Of a DNA stretch of 64,000 nt, positions 48,901-63,100 are shown piece by piece (position 1 is the first letter of the stretch; every line of letters begins with the position of its first letter). The translations under genes were made by a program, and so were the position numbers. Location of the stretch: positions 38,688,001-38,752,000 of the forward strand of contig OX597827.1 of assembly GCA_951406725.2 (NCBI GenBank). The letters are read 5' to 3'. A model generated the notes under the pieces. The model was not told the DNA's origin and made no database searches. It was given only the letters and a program-made list of their open reading frames with translations. This DNA comes from Octopus vulgaris (lineage: Eukaryota).

Positions 48901-51900
48901 CTTTTTGGGATCAATGAAATTAGTGTTAGTTGAGCACTGGGGGTCGATGTAATTAATTTATCCCCTCCTCCAGACTTGCTGGCATTGTGCCAAAATTTGA
49001 AACTATTATTATTATTATTAATAAAGCAGCAAGTTGGCAGAATCATTAACTCACCAGGAAAAATGCTTGGCAGCATTTTATTCATCTTTATGTTCTGAGT
49101 TCAAATTCTACCAGGAGTCATCTTTACCTCTCATTTTTTCGGGGTCGATAAAATAAGTACCAGTTGAACACCGGACACTGAACCTTTCAGGCAAGATGAC
49201 AAAGGACCAAGATGTCTGGCATCTTGCTGTACTGAAGAAGACCCATGCTCTGCATCAGAAGTGTTAAGATTGGTGCCTCTAGTGGTGTAAAGTGCTTGTG
49301 ACAGTGCCATGTAAAGCACCCGTGCGTTGCCATGTAAAAGCACCCATATGGTGCCATGTAATAGTACCTGTGTGGTACCATGTAAAAGCACCCAGCACAC
49401 TCTGTAAAGTGTTTGGCATTAGGAGGGGCATCCAGCCACAGAAACCATGCCAGATCAGACAGGAGTCTGGTGCAGCTTGCTGGCTCTAGTCAAACTGTTC
49501 AACCCACATCAGTTTGGACAACAGATGTTAAGTGATGATGATGGTGATGATAAGTTGATAGAGATCTACCAGTGTACCCAATGTGGGATACTATCAGTAA
49601 AAACAACTGTTAGTATCTCCACTTGATGGTAGATTTATGGATGGACGTATTCATTAGAACATTGATTGTAACTAAATACTACTATGTAGTGATTAATCGC
49701 AGCCCTTTATGTTGGGTGTTGTTCAAACTCCAATGAACTTGACTTTGCTATTTATCTCTCTCTGGGTCTGGACAATTACTAAACAATGTATACCTATGAA
49801 AGCCTACAGGCACCACATCTAAAAAGATAAGAACCCATTGACACTGTGTTGTTCAGATAGAAAAGAAGATGCTAATTAAGATGCAGTTACATGTTAGTTA
49901 ATAAGCATGGCTGGTTATGAGGAAATCATGCTAGTGTTTTCTTCTGCTGTAATACCACTTGAAATGTAAGGATGCAATGTGCAAAAGTAGACATAACTGC
50001 TATATATACATATGTACACATGTATTGTTTCTATATTAACTACAAGCTGTTAATGTAACTAATAATTTTAACATAGCTCCTCTTTATCTATCCATTCATT
50101 CATCCATATTTACTTATATGCATGTATATGCTTGACCGCTAAATCTACAGGGGTTTTTTTTTTTCATTCTCTGTCTGTTTATTTTCTCTTCTTTTCTGTT
50201 GAAGAGCGTAGGCTCGAAACGTAAAAGAACTTTTCATTTCCCCAAGTATCAAACTAATACACCTGCTTCTTGTTCATACACCGTTTTCATCTTTTGTTTT
50301 TACACACACACACACACACTCTATTTTGTTGTATAGTGTTGTACATCAAATAATGTGTTTATTTATACAGCCATACCCATATATATCACAGCCTTATATA
50401 TTTTTATTTTTATGAATATTGACAGAACACCACCACCATCACCACCACAAGTAATAACAATATTAACAATTCTCTTTTAGGAAGCTGAACAGGAACACTC
50501 TGCTTTCCAGGCACTTCAACATTTGCAAGTTCCGGTCACACATTCTCTTCAATTGCCACTTTCCACTTCATCAGCGCTGACCGCAGTGGAATTACCAATT
50601 AATGTGACAACCAGCTCATCGAGCCTGAACGTATCCATTTCCAGTAAGCCAGTCTCCTCAAACAGTAACCACAGTTCACCTGTCACCACTCCACTGCCAG
50701 CTATTGCAACCCTCAGCACGTCTCAGCTATCAACTCTCTCTTCTTCCACTGCCAGCACTGTCACTTCTACACAACAACTGCCACCAATGACTGTCCTGGC
50801 AGCTTCAAAAGTCCTATCTTCAGCCACTCCCACAGTTCTTGGTGCACTCTCAGGTGACCTGCCTACAGTAATGAACAGGGTCTCTGTTGATAATACGTCC
50901 CCCTCTACCTGTAAGTTTCACCTTCAGATTTACAGCTTTTATAAATGCCATAAATTCTTTTGTAAGGAGCAAGAAAGGCTGTCTTTATTTTTGTTCTATT
51001 CTTCATTTAGCTATAAATAAAAAATATATAATTAAATTATTTAAGATCGTTACATCTTCAGCAAATAGAATTCCACCCTTTCCACCCACCCCCCTTTTCT
51101 CTTGCATGTGTCTGCTCTTCCTTTAAATTTCAGTTTCTCATTATTTGCACTGATGTTGTCAAAAATGATTTGTCATGATTTTGATATGAAGCTATTTGAT
51201 ATGTCACATATCTGGATGCAGGCATGGCTCCGTGGTAAAGCAGTTCATTTCAAAACCACACGATTCCGAGTTCAATCCCACTACAGGCACATCAGGCAAA
51301 TGCCTTCCGTCAGAGCCTTAGATTGAACAGTGCCTTGTGAGTGAAATTTGATGAACAGAGACTATAGTAGCCTGCCATTTATTTTTGTGTGTGTATATAT
51401 ATATATATGTATATATATATTAGTGGTGTTTGCTGCATGAATGCAAAGCATGCAATGCATGCCTATAATAATAGATAAATGAATGCAAATAACAAGCCTG
51501 ATTTTGATATAAATCTTTTATTTTTAAAAGAAACAACTTGAATAGAGAGTAAATATATTCTAAATGTACCCTGTTTCAAATGTATGGCTTTGATTTTTAA
51601 AATTGCATGCTCTGGCTCAAGTATCAGCAGTCACCCCCTAACATATCAGCAACATATATATATATATATATATATATATCTTTTACTGATGAATATTAGC
51701 AAAAGATGCAAAACATCACCAAGAAAATTTGTAAACCAGTATTCTTTGGAACTAAAATACCTTGCGGCATCTCTTCCACCCAGGTTATGCATGCATGCAC
51801 TCACTCACTCACTCCTTTGCCATTTCCTCCTTCATAAATGTCAGAAGCAAATGATTGTCCCTCTAGAAATCTGTAGCTAGTGGTACTATTGTTCACAAAA

Positions 51901-54900
51901 TGCTATATAAAATAAATGGATTTGCTCTAAATTAAGCAATGTCAGGACTTGGTAAGTTAAGCTGTCTTCTGTCTGTTACTTGTTTTAGTCATTAGACTCC
52001 AGCCATATTAGGACACTGCCTTGAAGGCTTTTTAGTCAATTGAATTGACCCCCAGGACTTATTTTTTAAAACCTTGTACTTATTCTATTGATATCTTTTG
52101 CTAAACCGTTAAGTTACTGGGATTTAAACACACCAACATTGGTTGTCAGTGATGGGGGAATAAACACAGATGCAAAGACATGCACACATAGATACATACA
52201 TACACATGTACATATATATATGTATGAGACTTCTTTCAATTTCCATCTACCAAATCCATTTACAAGGTTTTGGTCAGTCTGTGGCTTTAGTAGAAGACAC
52301 TTGCCCAAGGTGGCACAAATTAGGGCTGAACCTGAAACCATGTGGTTGGGAAGCAAATTCCTAACACAAAGTCATGCCTGCACCCTGTATTTAGCCTTGC
52401 TGTAGAGAGATTTTAAATTAAGACTAATATTATTAACAAAGTCTATATAGGAGGCAAATGAGTTCTTTTGGTGATGTGGGGATTTAATCCAAACATGTGT
52501 AGCAGACTATGTACATATGACTAAGTTTAATCTTAGGTTAGGTTTGAACAAGCAAACTTGGGATCACAAGCATTCCAACCTTTGCCATACTGCCCCCACC
52601 TTTTTTTTTTTTTTTTGACAATAAGGTAAGAAAGGAGCCTCTATGCTGTCTGTTGACTAGAGTGAGCTGTCATATCACGTTCAAAAGGCAAGCTTAACAT
52701 TTCACTAGCTGGTCCTTGAAAGCTTTTAGTGAAGTGTGCTTTGTTGTAAACATTTGGATGCAACCCTATGCTTCTCTTTCTAATCACATTATTGCTGCAG
52801 ATATTGACCTATAAATGTTATGAGATTGGACCTCAGTTGCATTTAACAGGTCTGAGAGGGCCTGCAAATATTTTTTTTTAAATCATACCCTAGCATCTTA
52901 AAAAAATAGGGCATTCTGGAAATATAATGTAGTCCTAGATACATTATGTTTGAAAAGAAACACAAGGCAGCCATAACTGAAATGCCTTTGATCATAGATC
53001 TGCTTGATCAGGACTGATCTGGGGATTAAACAGTATCGAGATGCATAGACATGGCTGTGGCAACCATGAGGCTTCGGGTTCAGTCCCACTGCACTGTCCT
53101 TGGGCAAGTGTCTTCTACTATAGTACTGGGTCAATCAATACTTTATGAGTGAATTTAGTAGGTGGAAACGGTGTGGAAGCCTAGCATGTGTTTGTGTATG
53201 TGTCCTGCTTGGCAACTAGTGTTGGTTTGTTTATGCTTTGTAATTTAGCAGTTTGGTAAAAGACCAATAGAATATGTACTAGAATCAATTTGTTCAATTA
53301 AACACTTAAGCTAGTGCCCCAGGATGGCCACAATCCAATGACTGAAACAAGTAAAATGACCCAGTAATATAAACAGATATACTGATGAGTTAGTATATGA
53401 TGTGATATGATTGTCAGAGCAGTTTACCAAGAATTTTCATTAGACAAAAATTTTACAAGAAATTTTTGACTTAGATTATTATTATTACCTGTTTAATTAA
53501 GGTGGTGGGTTGGCAGAAATGTTAGCACACCAGGCAAAATGTTTAGTGGCATTTTGTTTGTCTTCATGTTCTGAGTTCAAATTCTGCCACGGTCAACTTT
53601 GCTTTTCATTCTTTTGGGGTCAATAAAATAAATACCAGATGGTCACTGTTGTCGAAACCATTATTATCAGTTTAACTGAATCTCTAACTACTAACTTTAT
53701 GAATAAAACCCTACATTTCTGTACAGCTAAATTTCTAACTACTTACTGTGTTTATAAGTAAACCAATAGTTGTTTTGCCATTGTTTTAACATTCACTTTT
53801 CCATGCTTGCATAGGTTAGAGTTTATTGAAACACCTTTTCTATGATTAGATACCCTACCTGCCACCAACAAGTTTCCAAGCAGTGTTGTATTTGCCCATT
53901 GCCTGACATGCTTCCATGGAATATTGGATAGAGTCTGGCCTCTCTCCCTTGACCTGTTCAGTGTAGGAAACCCCACCAGAATGTTGTGCTTTGCTGGCAT
54001 AGCATTCAGGCAGACATACAAGCCACTCACCTGCAACAAGAACTGGACCTTGTAGTCATCATCATCATTTAATGTCCATTTTCCATGCTGGTATGGGTTA
54101 GACGGTTTGACTGGGACTGCTCAGCTGGAGAGCTGCATGAGGCTCCAGTCTATTTTGGCTTGGTTTCTATGACTGGATGCCCTTCTTAATGCAGAGTGTA
54201 CTGGGTGCCTGTCTATGTGGTGCTACATAAAAGCACCTGTGCAATGCCATATAAAAGTACCCATGTAGTGTAAAGTGGTTGCTTTTAGGAAGGGCATCCA
54301 GCTGTAGAAACCATGCCAAATTAGACTAGAGTCTGGTGCAGCTTGCCAGCTCTGGTCAAACCATCCAACCTATGCCAGCATGGACAACAGATGTTAAATG
54401 ATCATAATGATGGTACTGGTGCCTTTTACATGTCGCCAGCACAAGTTTCTCTTATGCATCACTGGCATGGGTGCTTCTTATATGTCAACACTGGCAGTGA
54501 CCACAATTCACTTAGCTTAGCATGTCTTCTCAAGCACAGCAAATTGCCAGAAGTCTTAGTCACTTGACATTTCCTCCAATCAGCCTGGCATTTATTCTTG
54601 AGCCTGTCTAGGAAGTAATATACTGCTTTACATTTATTTGTGTTTATCATTTAAAGTAAAGTACTGAACAAGTTATCAATTGCACTTTTCCTCAAAGTGT
54701 ACGACCTTGTATCTGAGTTAGAAATTATCAGTATTGTTGTTGTTGTTATTGTTATTATTCTGTTTCTTTTGTTGATACCAGCTGCTCCTACATTATCAAA
54801 ACTACTTGGCACACCTAACCAAACCAAAATACACCCTCTGGGCCTGGATTCTTCGCCGGGCCCTGCAGTCAGCCAAAGTTTAGAAAAAAAGGAAGTTGAA

Positions 54901-57124
54901 ATTGAAGATCCGCTAGCTGTGAAGGAAGAATCCATTGAAAGTACAACTACTCAGGCCACTGATCCTCAATCGGTGACGCAAGGTAACGGCAAATTTTTTG
55001 TTACACAGCATGAATGGACAAAAATAAAAGGTGGGCTGAGTGTCATTGCTTTTGTGTTATGTTTTGTTTTTCTATTGGTGCATGCATGGCTGTGTGGTTA
55101 AGAATCTTACTTTTTGCAACCATGTAGTTCCAGGTTCAGTCCCACTGCATGGCACCTTGGGCAACTATCTTCTACTATAGCCCTAGGCTGACCAATGTTT
55201 TGTGAGTAAATTCAGTAGATGGGACCTGTGCAGAAGCCCGTTGTATTTGTGTGTGTTTGTGTCTGTTCCCCTCCCCCACCATCACCACTCAATAACTGGT
55301 GTTTGTTTATATCACCTTATGTTAGCAGTTCAACAAAAAAAGCTGATAGAATAAATATGAGGGGCAGTTTGTTCAACTAAAATCCTTCAAGTAAAAGATA
55401 AAAGGAATTGGTGGGGTTGGTATTTTGCGTTTTGTTGCAGTGTTTTGATAGTTTTGTTTATAACTGTTGGATATTTGCATTCCCATACTGCTAACCACTG
55501 AATTGTCATGTAAGGGAAGGATGCTATTTGTGAACCAGACAGAAATAAGCTATGTGCTTGGGAACCCTTGATGCAATGAACTACCGGTAGCGGCTGCTGC
55601 TGCTGTTGGATGCCCTTTTTGACACCAACTACTTTTCAGTGTACTCTGGGTGCTTCTTTCATGCTACCTGTGCTAGTGAGATTGCAATGCAGCTTGCAAG
55701 ACTACAGACGTCTAGTGGGGATGGATAACTTTACATTTGGAGAGTAAGGAGTAGAGAAGGGCTAAGTATTAGTGGGGGAAAAGGGTCAAAGCAGAACAGG
55801 TTTCTTGCTGAAGAGGAGCTACATGAATACTCACATTTTAGAAGAAAGGGTTGGTGGGAAGCTGGAGTTTGATGACAAGGTGTAAGAGTGGACCTTTAAG
55901 GTGCAAATGAGTTTTCTGTTTCAGTTTTTAAAATCTATTTATTTTGCTTTTAGAAACTATTGAAGAGAAGATCCCAGCCCCAAACATCCAAGATGAGGAC
56001 ACATCATCGCTAGATTCACAAGCTAAAGAACCTGTGACTGTTGAGGATGTTAAACCAAAGGTGACGTTACACACTGCAACGAATGTTGACCTAGATGAGG
56101 AGGAAACGCAACAGGTTCCGGCTTTGTCACCAAAGACAGAAGGAGAAGACACTCACGGAGTCGCCACAACATTTGCCGAAACTGTGTCCTTGGAGTCGCT
56201 GCATAAATCAGAAACCCCAACTTCAACATTGACGACTCAAACTCAGCTTAAGATGGATGTAAGGGTGACTTTTGCTCACAGCTAAATTATTTTCACATAT
56301 TAGGAGGACTATTGTGTGTTGGACTATTAGTTGAAATGTTAATTTGCATGTATTTTTTCACAGAGTTAACCCTTTAACATTTAAACTAGCCATATCTGCA
56401 CTAGCATAGCTAGGGTGTGTGCTGCCTGGGACGACCCTTCAGTTTGCCACGCCCGGGCCCCCACAAAAAGTTACATATTGCCTACAGCAGACCCAAAAGT
56501 GGTGCCTCCTGGGATGAACCATACTATCTTTTACATGGACATAATGTATTTAGGACTGCATTTTACAATGTGTTGTTACATTTTTAAGGAGGTAGGCTGT
56601 GATTTCTAGAGAGTCAAGTGACCACATAGAGAGTTGCTCTTTCATTGGATTGTGTACTCCTGTTTGTAGGAAGGTGTACCACTTGTTTATTTGAGAGATT
56701 GCTCTCTTATTTTCTCAGGACAAAACGTATAAGCCAAATGATCAGTCTTCAACTACCAGGAGCTATAGGATCAGATGCTTTTAGGGACCATGTTGCTTTA
56801 GTCATTCAGATGTTTCCATTTGGAGTAAGGCAGCTTGCTGCCTTATCATCCAGTTTAATATTACCTCCTGACACATAGATACCCTTAGTGAAGGCCCTCT
56901 GTTGCATGCATTTGTGCCAGGTTTCAGGTCTGAGGATAAACTTCCTCTCTCCACTCTTGGAGGTCTTGAGAAGGGTCGTGAACTCTGCCTTTCCTCTCCT
57001 CACAAAACTATAAAAATAATATCATCATCATTTAACGTCAGTTTTCTATGCTGGTATGGATTGGATGGTTTCATAGAATTCAGTGAGCCACAGGTGCATC
57101 ATGCTCCACATCAGCTTTGGCATG

Positions 57125-57182
<58 letters not shown>

Positions 57183-60100
57183 CGCAGGAGTGGCTGTGGG
57201 GTAAGTAGCTTGCTTACCAACCACATGGCACCGGGTTCAGTCCCATTGCGTGGCACCTTGGGAAGTGTTTTCTACTATAGCCTCGGGCCGACCAAAGCCT
57301 TGTGAGTGGATTTGGTAGACGGAAACTGAAACAAGCCCGTCGTATATATATATATATATATGTGTGTTTGTGTGTCTGTGTTTGTCCCCCTAGCATTGCT
57401 TGACAACCGATGCTGGTGTGTTTATGTCCCCGTCACTTAGCGGTTCGGCAAAAGGGACCAATAGAATAAGTACTGGGCTTACAAAGAATAAGTCCCGGGG
57501 TTGAGTTGCTCGACTAAAGGCGGTGCTCCAGCATGGCCGCAGTCAAATGACTGAAACAAATAAAAGAAAAGAGAAAAAGAGTAATATATTTATTATGTAT
57601 TAAATGTCATGATGATATATATATTGTCTACATTGAACAGAAACTAAAGTAAGAGGTGAGGATTAGAGGGTCCCTGTTCTGTTGCTATAGCAACTTTGTC
57701 ATTTTTGTCTTTACATGTTTAATGTTCTTTTCTCTTATCTACCCCTTTTCTACAGGAAACCAGCAAAGACAGCAGTGATGATCAACCTATTACTGAAACA
57801 GAAGGTGTCGATTCACCTGCCATCAACTCCAAGTTCATCAGTGTCGACGAGGAAATCTCCATATCTATGAAAGATGAACCACCTTCCCCCTCCAGTAGTG
57901 TTTCTTCCAAATTGAGTGAACCTACCTCGAGTGCTGGCCGCCCAAGGGGTCGTGGAAGAGGTCAGTTCTTCATATTTAAAAAAAATATTTTATTTTGTTT
58001 TTTGTTTCTCTTTTTATGTACTGTGTTTATGAAAGATCTGTTACCCTGAATATGTTATGATGTTTAGTTTTGATGAAAACTTCATGTCTGTCCTGTTTGA
58101 CCTGTGTGGTTAAGAAACTTGCTTCTTAACCATATGGTCTTGGGTATGTCTTTGTCTCCCACCACCACTTAACTGGTGTTGGTGTGTTTTCATCCCTGTG
58201 ACTTAGCAGTTTGGCTAAAAAGACTCATAGAATAAATACCTGGCTTTACCAAAAAATAACAAATACTCGGGTGAATTTGTTCGACTATAGTTCTTCAAGG
58301 CAGTGCCCCAGCATGGCCACAGTCTAATGACTGGAGAACGTAAAAGATAAAAGATATCTTTCTGTGGCCAGAAAAAGTTTGGATTCATTCTTAACACAAA
58401 CCAGGACTTAACTGAAATGGCCAGTCTAATTTGTATAAAATTCCAAATTATCCAATGAATACTTTTATTTCCAATGTTTTGAGAAAACCTTCTCTGGCCT
58501 CGGGGAAATATTGCCTTGCTTGGAGACAAATAACAGTTGGCAACAGGAAGATTATCCAGCTGTAGATAAATTGCTTCAGTGAGTTCTGTCTGACCCATAC
58601 AAGCAAGGAAAAATGGTTGTTAAAATGGTGTTGACGATGATGATGATGATGATAATAATGATGAAGAAATTTATTGTGATTTTTTCAGCTTATTAACCTC
58701 AGTAGACTGAAAAATTGTATTTTCCATTGTTTTTTTTTAATGCTAATTTTTCTTCTTAATATATTTTCAGGCAGAAAAAAGGGGGGAATAAACAGACGAA
58801 ATGTCAAGAGGCAAATAATTGTGAGTTATATTTGTATTTATTTATTTATATATTTATTTTACTGTGTGGCATGACTTCCCATTTCTTAGTTGGTCTCTCT
58901 CTCTCTGCTGAGTGTCATAGGGCTGGCTCAAACATGAGTATGAAATTGTAAGACTGATCTGAAATCTGAAAGAAAAGACCTAATACTGACTTGAGACCCT
59001 GGGCAAAAGCAGAGCAAAGTTCTAAGGCTATAAAAAGTCTAAGAGAAGGGAAAGAAGTCCTAGAACTGGCTCAAGAACAGTGGCATAGCTACCCAGGGTT
59101 GTCCTTAAGTTTGCTGTTTTCTGCCCCCGCCTGCACTTACAGACTTATACAGTAGACTCGGATGTCATCTCCCCCCACCCCAGCTATGCTACCGCTTATG
59201 AACCAGAGGGTTGAAATTGTAGGACTGGTCTGACACATGTAGTGTGTACAGTTATAGGACTGGTTTGAAATTAGTTTGAAGTATAGTCATAGGACTGGCC
59301 TGAATGTAGAGTAAGGGCAGACCAAATAGCAGAACTAGCTTGAGATGTGGGAAGTGATTAAAGCCATACAGCTATGCTTGGGTGGTAAATTTTTATGGCT
59401 TTCCCAAATCCAAAGGTTATGGATTGAAGTCATAGTATTCTAAAAAAAAAAGTTTAACTTGAATTCTTCAGGCTATCTTCACAACTACCCCACACCTTTT
59501 TATGTAATTATCTTTCCTAGACTCTATTTTGACCCAGTTGAGTTTCCCAACTTAAAACTCAGTGCAGCAGAGACATATACACAAAAAGATGAAGCTGTTG
59601 AGAATCTGAAGAACTTGAAGTTTTTGTTGTAATTACTAATCTCAAAAATTACCTATATTCTTTTTCTCACTTCATTATTTCTAATTAGCTTTTTAATGCT
59701 GCCTCCATTAAAATATGCCAACACTCACTTAACTGTTGTATTTTTATATGGATGGTGTTCCTATAATTTATTCTTTAAAATATGCTTATTTTCTACAACA
59801 CGTGTACTATATTGCATACGTTTCTTTAATCATTCCCTCATCCTTATTTGGGCAAATACAGTTAGGTCTAAACTTATGTGAAGAGATCTAAGACATAAAT
59901 GCGTCTAGAGTTGTCTCCCATACTTGCTGAAATAATTAAATTATTTGACACTGACCGGCATTGTCTTTTCTTCACCACATAATTATTTCTAATTAACTTT
60001 CTAAATGTTTGCTTAATTTAATATGATAATGCTTACCGTAAATCCTCGAGTATAGTCCGCCCTTGAGTATAATACACAGGGGATTTTTAGGGGGTTATAC

Positions 60101-63100
60101 CTTTGAAAAACCTAAATCTTGTGTATAATATGCACCCCTTCTCTAACTTTCAGGCTTAGCTTAAGGTATTTTCGCTCCCGGCATCGCAAAATGCGTCTGA
60201 ATAAACATTGCCGGATAGCAAATAGAGACTTGAACATTGCTTAGAAAATAATTTTCATTTTTAACCTCGTGTATAATACACACTAGGGATTTTGACCTTT
60301 AAATTTTGGTTGGGAAATGCGGATTATACTCGAGGATTTACGGTACTTGGCTGTTGCTTTTGATGCTGATGGTGTCTTTGAAGCTTCAGCCCTTACCAGA
60401 TGGTAGAAAAAAGAAAACAAAGAAAAAATAAGAACAAAGAAACATATCCATATTGTTTATCTTTTAAAGGAAGATGAAAAGAAAGAAGATGGCAACAGTT
60501 CTAAACATAGTGAGGCTGAGCTGACTGAAGACGATTCAGCCAGAGAAAGTGATGATCCAACTAATGCCATGCTGCTTGCAAGATCCACATTATCAGGCGC
60601 CCTATCTGATTCCATTCCAAACAGTCCTGCCTCTTTGTCACATTAGTAAGTCCATTCTCTTTTTCACCATCTCCTGTATTTATCTTCTATTTTTAGTGAT
60701 TTATTTTGGTACTTTGTGTACTAAAAAATTTTTTTTTTATGATTAAATTAGAAGAAGTGGAGCAGTACCCTTGATATGTTCAGTTTTCATTTGAGATTTA
60801 TGGTATTGGCGTAGTTGATCTTCACTTTATGTAGCTTTATGGCTGTAGATTAAAATATAAGTCAGTAGGGAATTTCAGAGGGTTGATGTTCTACAAACAA
60901 GAGGATTGAGTGAAGTGATTAAGGTGGCACCTGTGGCTGAAACAATAATAATTATGAAATTATTGTATACAGTGCTCAGGTGCACCACAACTTGTCAAAA
61001 GTGCGTATAAAGCATATGCAGTAATGTACAAATGTCTGGAAAGTGAACAGTGTATGAGTCAGATACATGCTTGCGTGTGTATGGAGGGGAGAAAATCAGG
61101 TGTAGTGTTGGTGAATCTCAGGAAGCATGGAAGTTTTGATGGATGCAGTGCTCCGACAACTAACAACTGATGCTGGCAGTTTGTTCCATGCTTCAGCAAT
61201 TCTTAGCGTGAAAAAATGTTTTCAAAAGTCATGGGAGCTGTGCTGTTTTCTGACTTTGTAAACATGTCCACAGGTGTTAGACAGATGGAGTTTGAAAAGG
61301 TGCTCAGAGTTATTGTTAGTAAGATGGTTAATAATTTTATGGGTGTCTGCCAAGTCAGCTGCCAGACGTCGGAATTTCAATGCATCCATGCCCAGGGAAG
61401 TAAGGTGTTCAGAATATGGCAAATGCCTGATGGAGGGTATTCTCTTGGTTGCACGTCGCTGAACGGTTTCCAGACGATTAATATCCTGGGCAAGATAGGG
61501 GTTCCAGACTGGTGATGCAATATTGATGTTTACTAGAATATGGCCTCTTGAGCAGTTGAATCTTCACTAGTCTCAGTGATAGGTTTCTCCAAATCTAACA
61601 GTAACCTTGGTTAGACTAAGAAAAAACCTGAACCTAATTTTTTTTTAAATTCAAATTTACTGACAGTTTTATTCCATTTATCAACTTCCTCATTTTTATT
61701 TATCAGTTTCATTGCATTTATCAATTCTATTTGGTTCTGAGTTTTAATTATAATTTCATATTTTTGTTATTAAAATGAAAATTTTTCTTTCAATTTCAGT
61801 TTTTATTTGAACTTCAATTTGTGGAGTTTTCGAATTAAAAGCAAAAAGAAAATGGAGAATCAAAATTAATCCAAATTCTTATCACTGCTCTAGATTTAAT
61901 TTAGTATAATTTCTTTGCCATTCACTCTGCTATCCTTTGTGAAAGCACCACAGTCAAAAGGGTGGTAACCACTTGGCCAATCCAATCTCTGATTTGTATG
62001 GTTACTTTCACTGTACTTCACCATTTCAATACTAATTCACTTGAAACCACCTCTGTTTTTACAATATTAAGCATCTCACGTTAGTGTTCATGTCTAAATT
62101 AAACCTCAGGTTACTTCAGCTTAATATATCAATTAATAAAATAGTTAATTCCACTGAATTGATTAGTTTTAGAAATATATTTTTTAAACGAATAGGCAGT
62201 TTATTTTCATTAGAAATATGCTTATTATTTTTTTTGAGTATTGAAACTTTACTGTTAACTATTTTGATATAAAAACCTGCCTGAGATCATCTCTAGTTCT
62301 GATGATACAAAATTATTCATTTTTAAAGCATGTAGGCACTTTATTTCATTAAAATTACAGTGATGAGAAGAATCTTACTATAACCTGCAATCACTTAAGT
62401 CAATATCTTGTTGGAGAAAGAGTTATGAGACCACACCACACTTGTGCTTCACTCACAATATGAAAAGAGAAGAGTTTCAGAGTTGACCCAACATTTCATG
62501 GGTTATGGGATGTTTTCTCTTCTTTTTCTTTAATTTTTTAATTTGTTTGTTTGCTTTGTCATTTCTATTGCTAATGTCTCATCTGTCTCAGCAGTGACAC
62601 GGAAGATGAAAAAGCTTACCGCACTTGGAAGAAGTCCATCATGCTAGTATACCGGGCTGCTGCTACTCACAAGTTAGTGGGCTCTATTTTCCCTCTCTTT
62701 CTCTCTCGGTGCATATCTGTGAATTATTGTGGTTATATATGGATGACTGAACATTTATTGTGTGTGTGTGTATCATCATCATACATCTGTTTTCCATGCT
62801 GGCATGGGTTGGATGATTGGACAGGAGTTGGCAAGCCGAAAGCTACATTGGGCTCTATTTGTCTACTTTGGGATTGTTTCTATGACTGGATGCCCTTCCT
62901 AAAGCCAACTGCTTTACAGAGTGTACTGGGTGCTTTTTACATTTCACCAGCACAGATACTTTTTAAGTGGCACCAGTACAGATACTTTATAAGTGGCACC
63001 GGCATGGGTGTATTTTACATGGCACCAGCACAGGTGCTTTTTTTGTGACCCCAGTGAGGTTGCCAAGTAGCTTGCAAGAAAAACACCTCTCAACAGGGAG

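Noticed and set aside
51680-51725. CTGATGA...CAAAAC possible hammerhead
   Set aside because: There is no convincing stem II and the GAAA core is lost.
58918-59346. CRISPR-like repeat-spacer appearance
   Set aside because: It is in a eukaryotic intron, the repeats are short, degenerate and irregularly spaced, and there are no cas genes.
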